A DNA stretch of 64,000 bases from an uncultured Dehalococcoidales bacterium (GTDB taxonomy: Bacteria > Chloroflexota > Dehalococcoidia > Dehalococcoidales > BS750m-G39). The translations under genes and the position numbers were made by a program. Below the pieces are notes generated by a model, which worked only from the letters and a program-made list of their open reading frames with translations, was not told where the DNA came from and ran no database searches. This document shows, piece by piece, positions 1 to 8,408 of the stretch (its first letter is position 1; each line of letters starts with the position of its first letter). The DNA lies in assembly GCA_964408935.1 (NCBI GenBank), contig CAYPBF010000002.1, positions 20,316 through 84,315 on the forward strand. Reading direction: 5' to 3'.

Positions 1-1
1 G

Positions 2-118
2 GCCCTGCTGCGCCATTTCGGCTCGCTTAAAGCCATACGGGAGGCCAGCGTAGAGGAGCTGGCCAAGGTCAACGGGATAACGGAGAGTCTAGCGCATAAA
101 ATAAAGGAGTATATCTAG
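2..118 (+). CDS. uvrC: Excinuclease ABC subunit C, 3' end (partial, HhH domain)
   Basis: Manual translation ALLRHFGSLKAIREASVEELAKVNGITESLAHKIKEYI* matches the UvrC C-terminal HhH consensus; stop TAG at 116-118. Confidence 0.85.
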   Translation, partial: ALLRHFGSLKAIREASVEELAKVNGITESLAHKIKEYI

Positions 119-121
119 CCA

Positions 122-1102
122 ATGCCCGCCAACCTGCCGCCCCATTACTTTGAGGCCGAAAAGGCCTTCCGGGAGGCCAAAGACCCCCTGGAAAAGATAG
201 CCGCCCTGGAAGAGATGCTGGCCATCATGCCCAAGCATAAGGGCACCGACCACCTCCGCGCCGAGCTGAGGGGTAGAATAGCCAAGCTCACCCAGCAGGC
301 GGCCAAGAAAAGCGGGGCGCGGCGGGCCTCATTGATGATTGAAAAGGAAGGCGCCGCCCAGCTGGCGCTGGTCGGCCTGCCCAACGCGGGCAAGTCCCAA
401 ATAGTGGCCGCTATCACCAACGCCTCCCCACCCGTCGCCGACTATCCCTTCACCACCCACCAGGCCCTCCCCGGTATGATGCAGTTCGAGAACATAAAGA
501 TTCAGCTCATCGATACCCCACCCCTCGCCCCCCAGGCCATCGAGTTCTGGCTGCCCCCCATGCTCAGAAAAGCCGACGCCCTGCTCGTCATTATTGATTT
601 GAGCGCCGACCCCCTGGAGCAGATAAAATCCGTCACTGAGCAGCTCAAGAAGATGAGGGTATTGATTGGCGAGGGTGATAATGAAATAGCCCCCGACTAC
701 ACCGTCTGGCATCAGAAGGCGCTCGTCGTCGGCAACAAGAGCGATTTGGACTCGGACGAGCGCAATTTTGCCAACCTCAAGCAGCACTATGGCCAGCGTT
801 TACCCCTCATCGCCATCTCCGCCACCGAGGGTGAGGGCCTGGAAGAGCTTAGGGGTAAAATCTACGAGGTACTGGATATCATCCGCGTCTACACCAAAGC
901 CCCCGGCAAAAAGCCCGACCCCAACGACCCCATCATCCTAAAGCGGGGCAGCACCCTGGCCGACGCCGCCGAGGCGGTGCATAAAGACTTCCGCACCAGG
1001 ATGAAGTACGCCCGTATCTGGGGCTCGGGCAAGCACGACGGCGTCATGGCCAGGCGGGACCACGTTTTAGAGGATGGTGATATAATAGAGTTGCACCTCT
1101 AG
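122..1102 (+). CDS. DRG/OBG-family GTPase with C-terminal TGS domain
   Basis: G1 GLPNAGKS, G2 YPFTT, G3 DTP, G4 NKSD; N-terminal KHKGTDHL and C-terminal TGS (ARIWG...DGDIIELH) typical of DRG proteins. Confidence 0.9.
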   Translation: MPANLPPHYFEAEKAFREAKDPLEKIAALEEMLAIMPKHKGTDHLRAELRGRIAKLTQQAAKKSGARRASLMIEKEGAAQLALVGLPNAGKSQIVAAITNASPPVADYPFTTHQALPGMMQFENIKIQLIDTPPLAPQAIEFWLPPMLRKADALLVIIDLSADPLEQIKSVTEQLKKMRVLIGEGDNEIAPDYTVWHQKALVVGNKSDLDSDERNFANLKQHYGQRLPLIAISATEGEGLEELRGKIYEVLDIIRVYTKAPGKKPDPNDPIILKRGSTLADAAEAVHKDFRTRMKYARIWGSGKHDGVMARRDHVLEDGDIIELHL

Positions 1103-2307
1103 AGCTTGCTCACCGTATTACTACCCATATTGGCGACCCATATGTTAGCGCCGTCGAAGCAAATGCCCATAGGGTTTACACCGACGCCGTAGGTGCCCAC
1201 CAGGCTGCCGTCGCTGGCTCTCAGCTTGGTCACATTATCGCCACCGTAACTGGTGACCCAGATGTTCTCACCGTCAAAACAGATGGCTGTGGGAGTCGTG
1301 CCGACGTCGTAGGTGCTGGTAGTAAGTGGGTCGCTGGCCGGGAACTTGGTCACTTGTTCATCGATCTGATTAACGACCCAGATGTTCTCACCGTCGAAAC
1401 AAATGTCCACAGGCCCATTGCCGACGTCGTAGGTGCTGGTAGTAAGTGGGTCGCTGACCGGGAACTTGGTCACCTTGTCGATGGAGAGGTTGGCGACCCA
1501 GATATTCTCGCCGTCGAAACAGATGGCTGCGGGGTCTGGGCCGACGTCGTAGGTGCCGAGCACGGTGCCGTCGCTGACCTTGAGCTTGATCACATCGCCG
1601 TTGAGGTAGTCGGTTACCCAGATGTTTTCGCCGTCGAAGCAGATGTCATTAAGGTCTCCGCCGAGGTAGTAGGGACTGCCAGCACATTGGGTGCCGTCGC
1701 TGGCCTTGAGCTTGGTCACATGACCGCTGAGGTAGTTGGTTACCCAGATGTTTTCGCCGTCAAAACATATGCCGGTGGGCCGAGTGCCGCCAGTGGGGTA
1801 GGTGCCAAGCACATAACCGTCGCTGGCCCTCAACTTGGTCACATTGTCGCTGATGAAGTTGGCGACCCAGATATTCTCACCGTCGAAGCAGATGCCCTTA
1901 GGCTGAGTGCCGACGCCGTAGCTTATACCCGTCTCATTGGCTTCCCACCACCGCAGCAGGGCAATCTGTAGCGGGTTCAACGAAGCTCCCGGTGGGCCCT
2001 CTTCGCCTTGCGGACCTTGTGGTCCCATTGGACCCTGTGCTCCCACCAGCCCCCGCTCTCCCTGCGGCCCTGCCGGACCCTGTGGTCCCGCTGGTCCCGG
2101 GGCGCCCTGAGGTCCCGCCGGACCTTCCGGTCCTGCTGGCCCCATCGGCCCCATTGGCCCCTGCGGCCCCTGCGGCCCTGCCGGACCTTGCAGCCCCTGG
2201 TCCACCTGCGCCACCTGCCCATCCTGTCCCAGGTTACAGGCCGCCATCGGCACCGTAATCAGGGCTAGAATCACCAGAAAAACGACTACCTTAACTGCTG
2301 GCTTCAT
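1099..2307 (-). CDS. Lipoprotein with collagen-like Gly-X-Y region and 7-bladed YncE/YVTN-like beta-propeller
   Basis: Signal peptide ending in lipobox-like MAAC; about 24 G-X-Y triplets; seven ICFDG(E/A)NIWV repeats. Confidence 0.85.
   Translation of the reverse strand: MKPAVKVVVFLVILALITVPMAACNLGQDGQVAQVDQGLQGPAGPQGPQGPMGPMGPAGPEGPAGPQGAPGPAGPQGPAGPQGERGLVGAQGPMGPQGPQGEEGPPGASLNPLQIALLRWWEANETGISYGVGTQPKGICFDGENIWVANFISDNVTKLRASDGYVLGTYPTGGTRPTGICFDGENIWVTNYLSGHVTKLKASDGTQCAGSPYYLGGDLNDICFDGENIWVTDYLNGDVIKLKVSDGTVLGTYDVGPDPAAICFDGENIWVANLSIDKVTKFPVSDPLTTSTYDVGNGPVDICFDGENIWVVNQIDEQVTKFPASDPLTTSTYDVGTTPTAICFDGENIWVTSYGGDNVTKLRASDGSLVGTYGVGVNPMGICFDGANIWVANMGSNTVSKL
1981..2196 (-). repeat. 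Collagen-like (Gly-X-Y)n coding repeat, about 24 triplets
   Basis: [18 protein letters not shown]...GEEGPPGAS in the translation. Confidence 0.9.
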
Positions 2308-2609
2308 TTCGCCCTCCTTGGCCGTTGCATTATTTACACCCCTAAAAAACTACAGGGGCATCACGGCTGGAAATCCAGCTCATGAATACCCCCGCATCGT
2401 CACCAAATATCGGCCGCACTTTTATTCCCCCTGCGGGATAAAAAGCTAGCGGCATTATAACATAGCGTTCAAGCTCACACTACCCCCCCAAAAAAAAGCA
2501 CCAAAAAGAGGACGGCGATATTATCGAGCTGCACCTTTGAGATATCGCTGGGGCCACGGTAACTTACCAAAGCTGGCATCACATGACCAAAACTCTTTAA
2601 AGCTACCTA

Positions 2610-2638
2610 TTGCAAAAGAGTTATTTCTGCTATATAAT
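2610..2638 (+). promoter_or_regulatory. Sigma70-type promoter for the 2688 gene
   Basis: TTGCAA-N17-TATAAT. Confidence 0.65.
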
Positions 2639-2687
2639 GCTCAGCTATATACCTATTAACACTAGGTAAACGTAAGGAGGTCTACAG

Positions 2688-3539
2688 ATGAGAATGAAAG
2701 GCTGGAGCCTGGGCCTGACCGTTATCGGTCTGGTCCTGGTCGTTTTTGCCCTGGTCTGGCTATTGGCTATCTTCCCCAGCATGGTCAAAATCCCCACTGA
2801 CCACTACCGAGACATCAACTTCGAAGGTACCTATTACGTGCTCAACCCCGATACCCAAACGCTGGACGAAATTCCCGTGCTTGTGCAGCGATTGCAAGAT
2901 GCCATGGAAGTTCAGGACAACGTTATCACCATCAGTGAGACGGTCACCTGCACCCACGCCCTGGCCGGCATGGAGCTGCCCGATTTCGGCGCTTACGGTG
3001 AGCTGAGTGTTGACCGCTCTACGCGGGCATATGTGGCCAACCAAGCCGATGGTATACCCCGGAGCGGCCAGTTCTGCTTCCCCTCCGATTTGGAACAGGA
3101 AAGCTACTCCCTGTGGATACTGAGCGCCGGGCGTCCCCTGGATGCCGCTTTTACCGGTGAGGAAGAGTTTCACGGCATCACTGTCTACAACTTCGCCATT
3201 AGTGAGCAGGACCTGGACATCGGCGCTCAGGAAGGGACTGGTATCCCTCAGGTCTTAGATATTGACATCAGCCTGAAGGTAGAGCCGGTAACCGGTACCA
3301 CCGTTTACACCATGAGCAACTCGACCTACAGTATGGTCGTCGGGCCCGAAACGAAGATGCCTTACTATATATCCAGCATAGTCTTCGACGACGATACCAT
3401 AGACTACCTGGTTGACGATGCCCAAGGCAATCGCAGCCTCATTCTCTGGCTCTCGGTCTACGGCTTCTGGATTGTTATTGTCATAGGCGCCGCCCTGGTC
3501 GTGACCGGGGTCGTTAAGGCCGTCCGCAGCAAAGAATAA
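2688..3539 (+). CDS. DUF3068/PorA-like membrane protein (N- and C-terminal TM anchors)
   Basis: AGGAGG RBS; N-terminal TM followed by KIPTD, extracellular domain, C-terminal TM; resembles DUF3068. Confidence 0.6.
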   Translation: MRMKGWSLGLTVIGLVLVVFALVWLLAIFPSMVKIPTDHYRDINFEGTYYVLNPDTQTLDEIPVLVQRLQDAMEVQDNVITISETVTCTHALAGMELPDFGAYGELSVDRSTRAYVANQADGIPRSGQFCFPSDLEQESYSLWILSAGRPLDAAFTGEEEFHGITVYNFAISEQDLDIGAQEGTGIPQVLDIDISLKVEPVTGTTVYTMSNSTYSMVVGPETKMPYYISSIVFDDDTIDYLVDDAQGNRSLILWLSVYGFWIVIVIGAALVVTGVVKAVRSKE

Positions 3540-3583
3540 GCCGCCTGATTAACGGTCGACTTTAAACCAAAATCGAATAAGAT

Positions 3584-3613
3584 GAGAGCCAGGGCTTAAA
3601 AGCCCTGGCTCTC
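3584..3613 (+). terminator. Hairpin, probable terminator of the 2688 gene
   Basis: Perfect 13-bp stem GAGAGCCAGGGCT-TAAA-AGCCCTGGCTCTC; no strong U-tract. Confidence 0.6.
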
Positions 3614-3684
3614 GGTTGACCTCATCCGGTACTCCCCCAAAAGCACCACCAGCCAATACACTAGAAAAACTCGGTGGTTCTATC

Positions 3685-3713
3685 TTGAATTCGACCGCAG
3701 TCTTGGGTAGTAT
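3685..3713 (+). promoter_or_regulatory. Sigma70-type promoter for small ORF 3759
   Basis: TTGAAT-N17-TAGTAT. Confidence 0.55.
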
Positions 3714-3758
3714 GGCTCAAATAAGCTGTCGCACGACCAGCACTGCAGGAGAACTAAC

Positions 3759-3839
3759 ATGGAATGGTGGAAATGGGTTCTCATCGCCGCCTTAATCGCA
3801 CTGCTGATTACTTGGAGAGTGCTTCAGAAAAAAGGCTAA
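3759..3839 (+). CDS. 26-aa single-TM small protein (not in ORF track)
   Basis: MEWWKWVLIAALIALLITWRVLQKKG*; GGAG RBS and its own promoter. Confidence 0.6.
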   Translation: MEWWKWVLIAALIALLITWRVLQKKG

Positions 3840-3868
3840 ACTACGAGCCTTAAAACCAGAGAAGCGTT

Positions 3869-4675
3869 TCAAAGCAAAAACTCGTTAACCGCCGCCGCCA
3901 CCCCACTCTTCCCCACCTCATCGGTGACGCGGTGGGCCACCGCCTTGACCTCATCGGGGGCGTTGCCCATGGCCACCGCCAGCCCAGCGATGGAAAGCAG
4001 GCTGATGTCGTTGGTGCCGTCCCCGATAGCCATAACCTCGCTCAACGGCACCCCCAAATGCGAAGCCAGCGCCGTCAGCGCCTTCCCCTTGGAAACATCG
4101 GGGGCGAGCACGTTGATAAACTCCACCCCGGGGTAGGCTGGCGACCGTGCCGCCGAAAAGCGCAAGCTGCGGTCAAAGCGGTTGCGGAAGCTCTGCGCCT
4201 TGGCCTTCTCTTCATCGTCGCGCGTTATCAGCCCACCTTTAACGAACTTCTCCCCACCCCTCAGCTTGGCGAAATCGACCACCATCGGCTCCAGCTTAAA
4301 GTAACTACGGTGAATCTCTGTCGCCCAGTTCTCCCACTCCACGAAATAGTCCGTCGCCGAATAAAGCTCCAGGTAAATATCGTTCTTGCGGACGAAATCG
4401 ACCACCTCCTTGACCACCCCCCTCGCCAACGGCTCGGCGTAAAGCTCGCCGTTCGGCCCCAAGACCAGCGCCCCGTCGAAGAAGATATGATAGCCGTCCA
4501 GCGAAAGCTCGTCCACAATCCAGCGGCAACCCTGCGACGCCCGCCCCGTGGAAAGGCAGACCTTCACCCCCGCCTGCTGCGCCGCCGCCAGTGCCGCCCT
4601 ATCCTCATCGGAGATAACCCCCTCCTTGCCCAACAGGGTGCCATCGATATCCACTACCAGCAATCTATAACTCAT
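3869..4675 (-). CDS. Cof-type HAD-IIB hydrolase
   Basis: DIDGTL, STGR, SKG and GDGTND motifs. Confidence 0.92.
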   Translation of the reverse strand: MSYRLLVVDIDGTLLGKEGVISDEDRAALAAAQQAGVKVCLSTGRASQGCRWIVDELSLDGYHIFFDGALVLGPNGELYAEPLARGVVKEVVDFVRKNDIYLELYSATDYFVEWENWATEIHRSYFKLEPMVVDFAKLRGGEKFVKGGLITRDDEEKAKAQSFRNRFDRSLRFSAARSPAYPGVEFINVLAPDVSKGKALTALASHLGVPLSEVMAIGDGTNDISLLSIAGLAVAMGNAPDEVKAVAHRVTDEVGKSGVAAAVNEFLL

Positions 4676-4799
4676 TCAAGCCTCTTTCTAGCCAACAAAA
4701 CGACTCAAACTATAAAAAAATACGGATTTGCTCCGCCACTAATTTTAACACCAGCGGCGGTGAAATTCCAAATCGCCTCCCCACCCCTAGTTGCTTATC

Positions 4800-4870
4800 C
4801 CCCCACTCTGTTAGCGTACGTAAGATGCTCCCTCCCAAGACCCACCCTACAGAAGTGTCACTTCTATAGA
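4800..4870 (-). repeat. Hairpin + four-G-run dispersed repeat, copy 1
   Basis: Minus strand CTATAGAAGTGACACTTCTGTAG followed by GGGTGGGTCTTGGGAGGG (4830-4847). Confidence 0.75.
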
Positions 4871-4894
4871 TTTTTCTCCCCCACCCCACCTCAA

Positions 4895-4970
4895 GGGGGT
4901 TTAAAAGGGGGCTTGCCCCCTTTCTACATTGAAGGGCGGCGGGTGGGAATAGATAAAATCGGGGTGGGGC
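4895..4970 (+). repeat. Hairpin + G-run dispersed repeat, copy 2 (degenerate G4)
   Basis: AAAGGGGGCTTGCCCCCTTT...GGGCGGCGGGTGGGAATAGATAAAATCGGGGTGGGG; closely matches the reverse complement of 44411-44492. Confidence 0.7.
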
Positions 4971-4990
4971 GGAGACCCTAAAGGGAGATA

Positions 4991-5058
4991 TATAAGGGGT
5001 ACCACCCTTGTAGGGTGGGACGGGTGGGAAAGTAAGACCTGCGCACAACAAGGTGGGG
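4991..5058 (+). repeat. Hairpin + four-G-run dispersed repeat, copy 3
   Basis: TATAAGGGGTACCACCCTTGTA, GGGTGGGACGGGTGGG (5013-5028), tail GCACAACAAGGTGGGG. Confidence 0.8.
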
Positions 5059-5066
5059 AAGGTAGA

Positions 5067-5095
5067 TTGAAACAACCCCACAAATAGACTATAAT
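5067..5095 (+). promoter_or_regulatory. Promoter of acpS
   Basis: TTGAAA-N17-TATAAT. Confidence 0.65.
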
Positions 5096-5110
5096 CCCAA
5101 CACGAGATTT

Positions 5111-5482
5111 GTGACCATGCAAGCCATCGGTATCGACATCATCGAAATAAGCCGCGTAAAAGACGCCATCGCCCGTCAGGGAGAAAAATTCCTAAAGCGG
5201 ATCTACACCGACGCTGAAATAAAAGCCTACCGCTGGAAGCTCCCCTCGCTGGTGGCGCGCTTTGCCGCCAAGGAAGCGGTCATAAAAGCGCTGGGCAAAC
5301 CGACGGCGGGCGCCAGACTCAAAGACATTGAAATACTGGCTGACGACAAAGGCAAACCGCTGGTCAACCTCTACGGCGAGGCGCAAAACCAGGCCAAGGC
5401 GCTGGGACTGGATGTAATCGCCGTCAGCCTCTCCCACTCAAAGGAATACGCCATCGCCATCGCCATCGGCGATACTAAATAA
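5111..5482 (+). CDS. acpS: Holo-[acyl-carrier-protein] synthase
   Basis: IGIDII, RFAAKEAVIKALG, SLSHS motifs. Confidence 0.95.
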   Translation: MTMQAIGIDIIEISRVKDAIARQGEKFLKRIYTDAEIKAYRWKLPSLVARFAAKEAVIKALGKPTAGARLKDIEILADDKGKPLVNLYGEAQNQAKALGLDVIAVSLSHSKEYAIAIAIGDTK

Positions 5483-5564
5483 TCCCTCTCGCACAATAAG
5501 GTGGGGCGGATGGGTCGTAACCCATCAGGTTAAGGAGCTTACTCATTAGGGCGGGGAGAGAATT

Positions 5565-5624
5565 CTATAAAGGTGTCACCTTTATAGGGTGGGTATCGGG
5601 TGGGAAGAAAGACCTGGGGTGGGG
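5565..5624 (+). repeat. Hairpin + four-G-run dispersed repeat, copy 4
   Basis: CTATAAAGGTGTCACCTTTATAG, GGGTGGGTATCGGGTGGG (5587-5604). Confidence 0.8.
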
Positions 5625-5693
5625 CCAGAAAGGACTCGCACCACCCTTTGACCCCCAAAAGGCGAGGTGTTAGAATCTACTAAAGAGGTAGCT

Positions 5694-6443
5694 ATGTCGG
5701 GTCATTCCAAATGGTCAACCATCAAGCGGAAAAAGGGGGTAGCTGACGACCGCCGCGGTCAGCTCTTCACCAAGCTGGCCCGCGAGATTATCGTGGCGGT
5801 GCGTGAGGGAGGCCCCAACCCAGAGGCCAATTTCCGCCTTAGGCTGGCGGTGCAAAAGGCCCGCGACAACAACATGCCCCTGGATAACATTGACCGCGCC
5901 ATCAAGCGGGGCAGCGGCCACGCCGACGACGTCGTCCTGGTCGAGATGGTTCTCGAAGGCTACGGCCCCAGCGGCGTGGCCATCCTGGTGCAGGCCCTCA
6001 GCGACAACCGCAACCGCACCCTGCAGGACGTGAGGAACATCTTCACCCGCCAAGGCGGCAACCTGAGCGAAAGCGGCAGCGTCGCCTGGCTCTTTGATTC
6101 GCGCGGCCTGATTACCGTGCCCACCAACGCCCAGGATGCCGAAGAGATGGCGCTGGAGGCCATCGATACGGGCGCCGACGACGTCAAGATAGAGAACAAA
6201 TACCTTGAGGTCTACACCAAGCCCACCGAGCTGGAAAAGGTGCGGGAAGCGCTGGAGCAGAAGAAAATGACCATCAATTCGGCCGAGGTCTGCCTGGTGC
6301 CCAAGAGCGTCGTCGAGCTGGAGGAAAAGGCCGCCCTGCAGACACTCAAGCTCTTGGACAAGCTGGAGGAGCTGGACGAGGTGCAGACCGTCGCCTGCAA
6401 CGCCGACTTCTCCGACGCCATACTGGAGAAATACCAATCGTGA
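5694..6443 (+). CDS. yebC: YebC/PmpR family protein
   Basis: MSGHSKWSTIKRKKG start (RBS GAGGT), EGYGPSG motif; adjacent to ruvC. Confidence 0.95.
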   Translation: MSGHSKWSTIKRKKGVADDRRGQLFTKLAREIIVAVREGGPNPEANFRLRLAVQKARDNNMPLDNIDRAIKRGSGHADDVVLVEMVLEGYGPSGVAILVQALSDNRNRTLQDVRNIFTRQGGNLSESGSVAWLFDSRGLITVPTNAQDAEEMALEAIDTGADDVKIENKYLEVYTKPTELEKVREALEQKKMTINSAEVCLVPKSVVELEEKAALQTLKLLDKLEELDEVQTVACNADFSDAILEKYQS

Positions 6444-6453
6444 GTCGCCCCCG

Positions 6454-6960
6454 ATGAGAATCCTAGGCATCGACCCGGGCACGATAATAACGGGCTACGG
6501 GGTCATTGAGGTCGAAGACGACGAGGCCACTTTTGTTGACTGCGGCGCCCTGACCGCCTCCGAGCGCTCCCCCATCGGGGAGCGTTTGAGCTATATATAC
6601 CAGGGTCTTCGGGAGACAATCGCCCGCTTTAAGCCCGACGTCATCGCCATCGAGAGCCCCTTCGTGGCCATGAACGTCAGGACGGCGCTGGCCATAGGCC
6701 GCGCGCAGGCCGTCGCCATTCTGGCCGCTGCCGAAAGCAAGATACCCGCCCACGAATACTCCCCCGCCGAGGTCAAAAAGCGGGTTACCGACTACGGCGT
6801 TAGCACCAAGGAGCAGGTGCAGGAGATGGTCAAGCTCCAGCTAAACCTGGCCGAAGCCCCCCACTCCACCGACGCCGCCGACGCTTTAGCCGTGGCCATC
6901 TGCCACCTGCGCAAGATGCATATCGAGAGTCTGGTAGCCGAAAGCGAGGAGAAACGGTGA
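6454..6960 (+). CDS. ruvC: Crossover junction endodeoxyribonuclease RuvC
   Basis: ILGIDPG, AIE, DAADALAVAICH. Confidence 0.95.
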   Translation: MRILGIDPGTIITGYGVIEVEDDEATFVDCGALTASERSPIGERLSYIYQGLRETIARFKPDVIAIESPFVAMNVRTALAIGRAQAVAILAAAESKIPAHEYSPAEVKKRVTDYGVSTKEQVQEMVKLQLNLAEAPHSTDAADALAVAICHLRKMHIESLVAESEEKR

Positions 6961-7538
6961 TAGCCTCCCTCAAAGGCAAGCTGGAAACCATGGGCAGCGA
7001 CTTTGCCGTCATTGATGTCAACGGCGTCGGCTTCAAGGTCTTTATGCCCACCTCCACCCTCTCCACGATGGGGAGGAAGGGCGAGGAGGTGGAGTTGCAC
7101 ACGCACCTTCATCTCAGGGAGGACAACGCCACCCTCTACGGCTTTGCCGCCCCCGAAGAGCTGGGGCTTTTCCAGACCTTGATTTCGGTATCGCGGCTGG
7201 GGCCCAAGCTGGCGATTTCCATGCTCTCGGCGATGAGCGCCGAAAAGCTGGCGATGACCATCGCCACCGGTAATGCCGACTTATTGGCCGAGGTCCCTGG
7301 CGTGGGCAAAAAGACGGCGCAGCGCATTATCCTGGAGCTTAAGGAGAAGATAGGCATCGCCTGGGGAACCCCACCCCCCGAGTTCGCCGAGGAAAACTCC
7401 GAAGTCCTGGCCGCCCTCACCGCTTTGGGTTATTCGGTGCGGGAGGCCACCCGCGCTATCGCCACTCTACCCCTCGACTCCGACCTGACCTTAGAGGAGA
7501 AGATAAAGCTGGCGCTGGGCTTTTTCGCCGCCAAGTAG
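6957..7538 (+). CDS. ruvA: Holliday junction branch migration protein RuvA
   Basis: MIASLKG, LYGF, LISVSRLGPK, VPGVGKKTAQRIILELK. Confidence 0.95.
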   Translation: MIASLKGKLETMGSDFAVIDVNGVGFKVFMPTSTLSTMGRKGEEVELHTHLHLREDNATLYGFAAPEELGLFQTLISVSRLGPKLAISMLSAMSAEKLAMTIATGNADLLAEVPGVGKKTAQRIILELKEKIGIAWGTPPPEFAEENSEVLAALTALGYSVREATRAIATLPLDSDLTLEEKIKLALGFFAAK

Positions 7539-7588
7539 CCGCTTTGAACTTTAAGATAATACGAATAGCTCTTGATTGGAGGTATGGC

Positions 7589-7813
7589 ATGGAGATTGAG
7601 TACGGCGCTAAGGTCAAGGACAAGAACGGCAAGCTTCTGGGGACGGTCAACAATATAATAAGGGACTCCTGGACGGGCGAAATCAGCAAGTTTCAGGTTA
7701 CCACCGACCCCACCGAGGTCGGCTTTTTCATTCCCCCCGACCAAATCGATAAGGCGACCCCCAAGGAGATAAAGCTGAAGGTCACTTTGGAGGCACTGGA
7801 AAAGGAGACTTGA
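7589..7813 (+). CDS. PRC-barrel domain protein
   Basis: GAKVKDKNGKLLGTVNNII...ISKFQV; GGAGGT RBS before ATG 7589. Confidence 0.7.
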   Translation: MEIEYGAKVKDKNGKLLGTVNNIIRDSWTGEISKFQVTTDPTEVGFFIPPDQIDKATPKEIKLKVTLEALEKET

Positions 7814-8298
7814 TGGAATACGCCCTCCTGGCCGTAATATTCCTGCTTATTCTGGTCATCATCTTCTTAATCTTTAGGATGAGGAAGGCGCCCGCCACCG
7901 ATATCGATAAACTGGCCGAAAAGCTGCGCTTCGCCCTGGCTTCGGCGGACTCAGTGCGGGAGATACAGCGCATCCTGGAAAGCCTGCCCCGCGATGTCCT
8001 CAAATCAATTACCTCCAGCGAGGCCGTCAGGGCGGGCAAGCTCAACGAGCTTCTGGCCACTTTGGAGCTTACACACTATGACAGACTCTTTTACCTCGGC
8101 GGCAACCCCGTGGACTTTGTCGGCATCAAGTACGGCCAGGGCATTGACTTCATCGAGGTCAAGACGGGAAAGGCGGCCCTTTCCCCCGACGAGAAGGAGC
8201 TTAGAGACCTCATTGAGTGCAAGATGGTCAACTACGTGCCGCTTTCGGTGAAGCGGATAAGCGTGGCTGAGGAGGTTAAGGGTGGGGAGGGGGAGTAG
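7810..8298 (+). CDS. Membrane-anchored PD-(D/E)xK nuclease (Endonuc_Holl-like)
   Basis: N-terminal TM; LGGNPVDFV...FIEVKTGKAALS...ELRDLI resembles the predicted archaeal-type Holliday-junction resolvase family. Confidence 0.65.
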   Translation: MMEYALLAVIFLLILVIIFLIFRMRKAPATDIDKLAEKLRFALASADSVREIQRILESLPRDVLKSITSSEAVRAGKLNELLATLELTHYDRLFYLGGNPVDFVGIKYGQGIDFIEVKTGKAALSPDEKELRDLIECKMVNYVPLSVKRISVAEEVKGGEGE

Positions 8299-8408
8299 AC
8301 AAAGGAGGGGGAGGAATAGGGGGTTGACAGCTGGGTGTAAAATAATACTATAGTTGTCAACCAGACAAAATCGTACATGAGTTATGTCATAATCCAAGTG
8401 AAGAACTA

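Noticed and set aside
1099-1980. Regular ~120-bp repeats as a possible CRISPR array
   Set aside because: They are in-frame beta-propeller blades within a CDS, with no invariant repeat plus unique spacer structure and no cas genes
3932-4981. 349-aa + strand ORF
   Set aside because: Antisense shadow of the HAD gene in GC-rich DNA; no recognisable motifs
4710-5122. ORF-track ORFs 4710..5081(-) and 4901..5122(-)
   Set aside because: They run across the G4/hairpin repeats and the acpS promoter; the low-complexity P/G-rich translation has no RBS, so they are artefacts of the repeat
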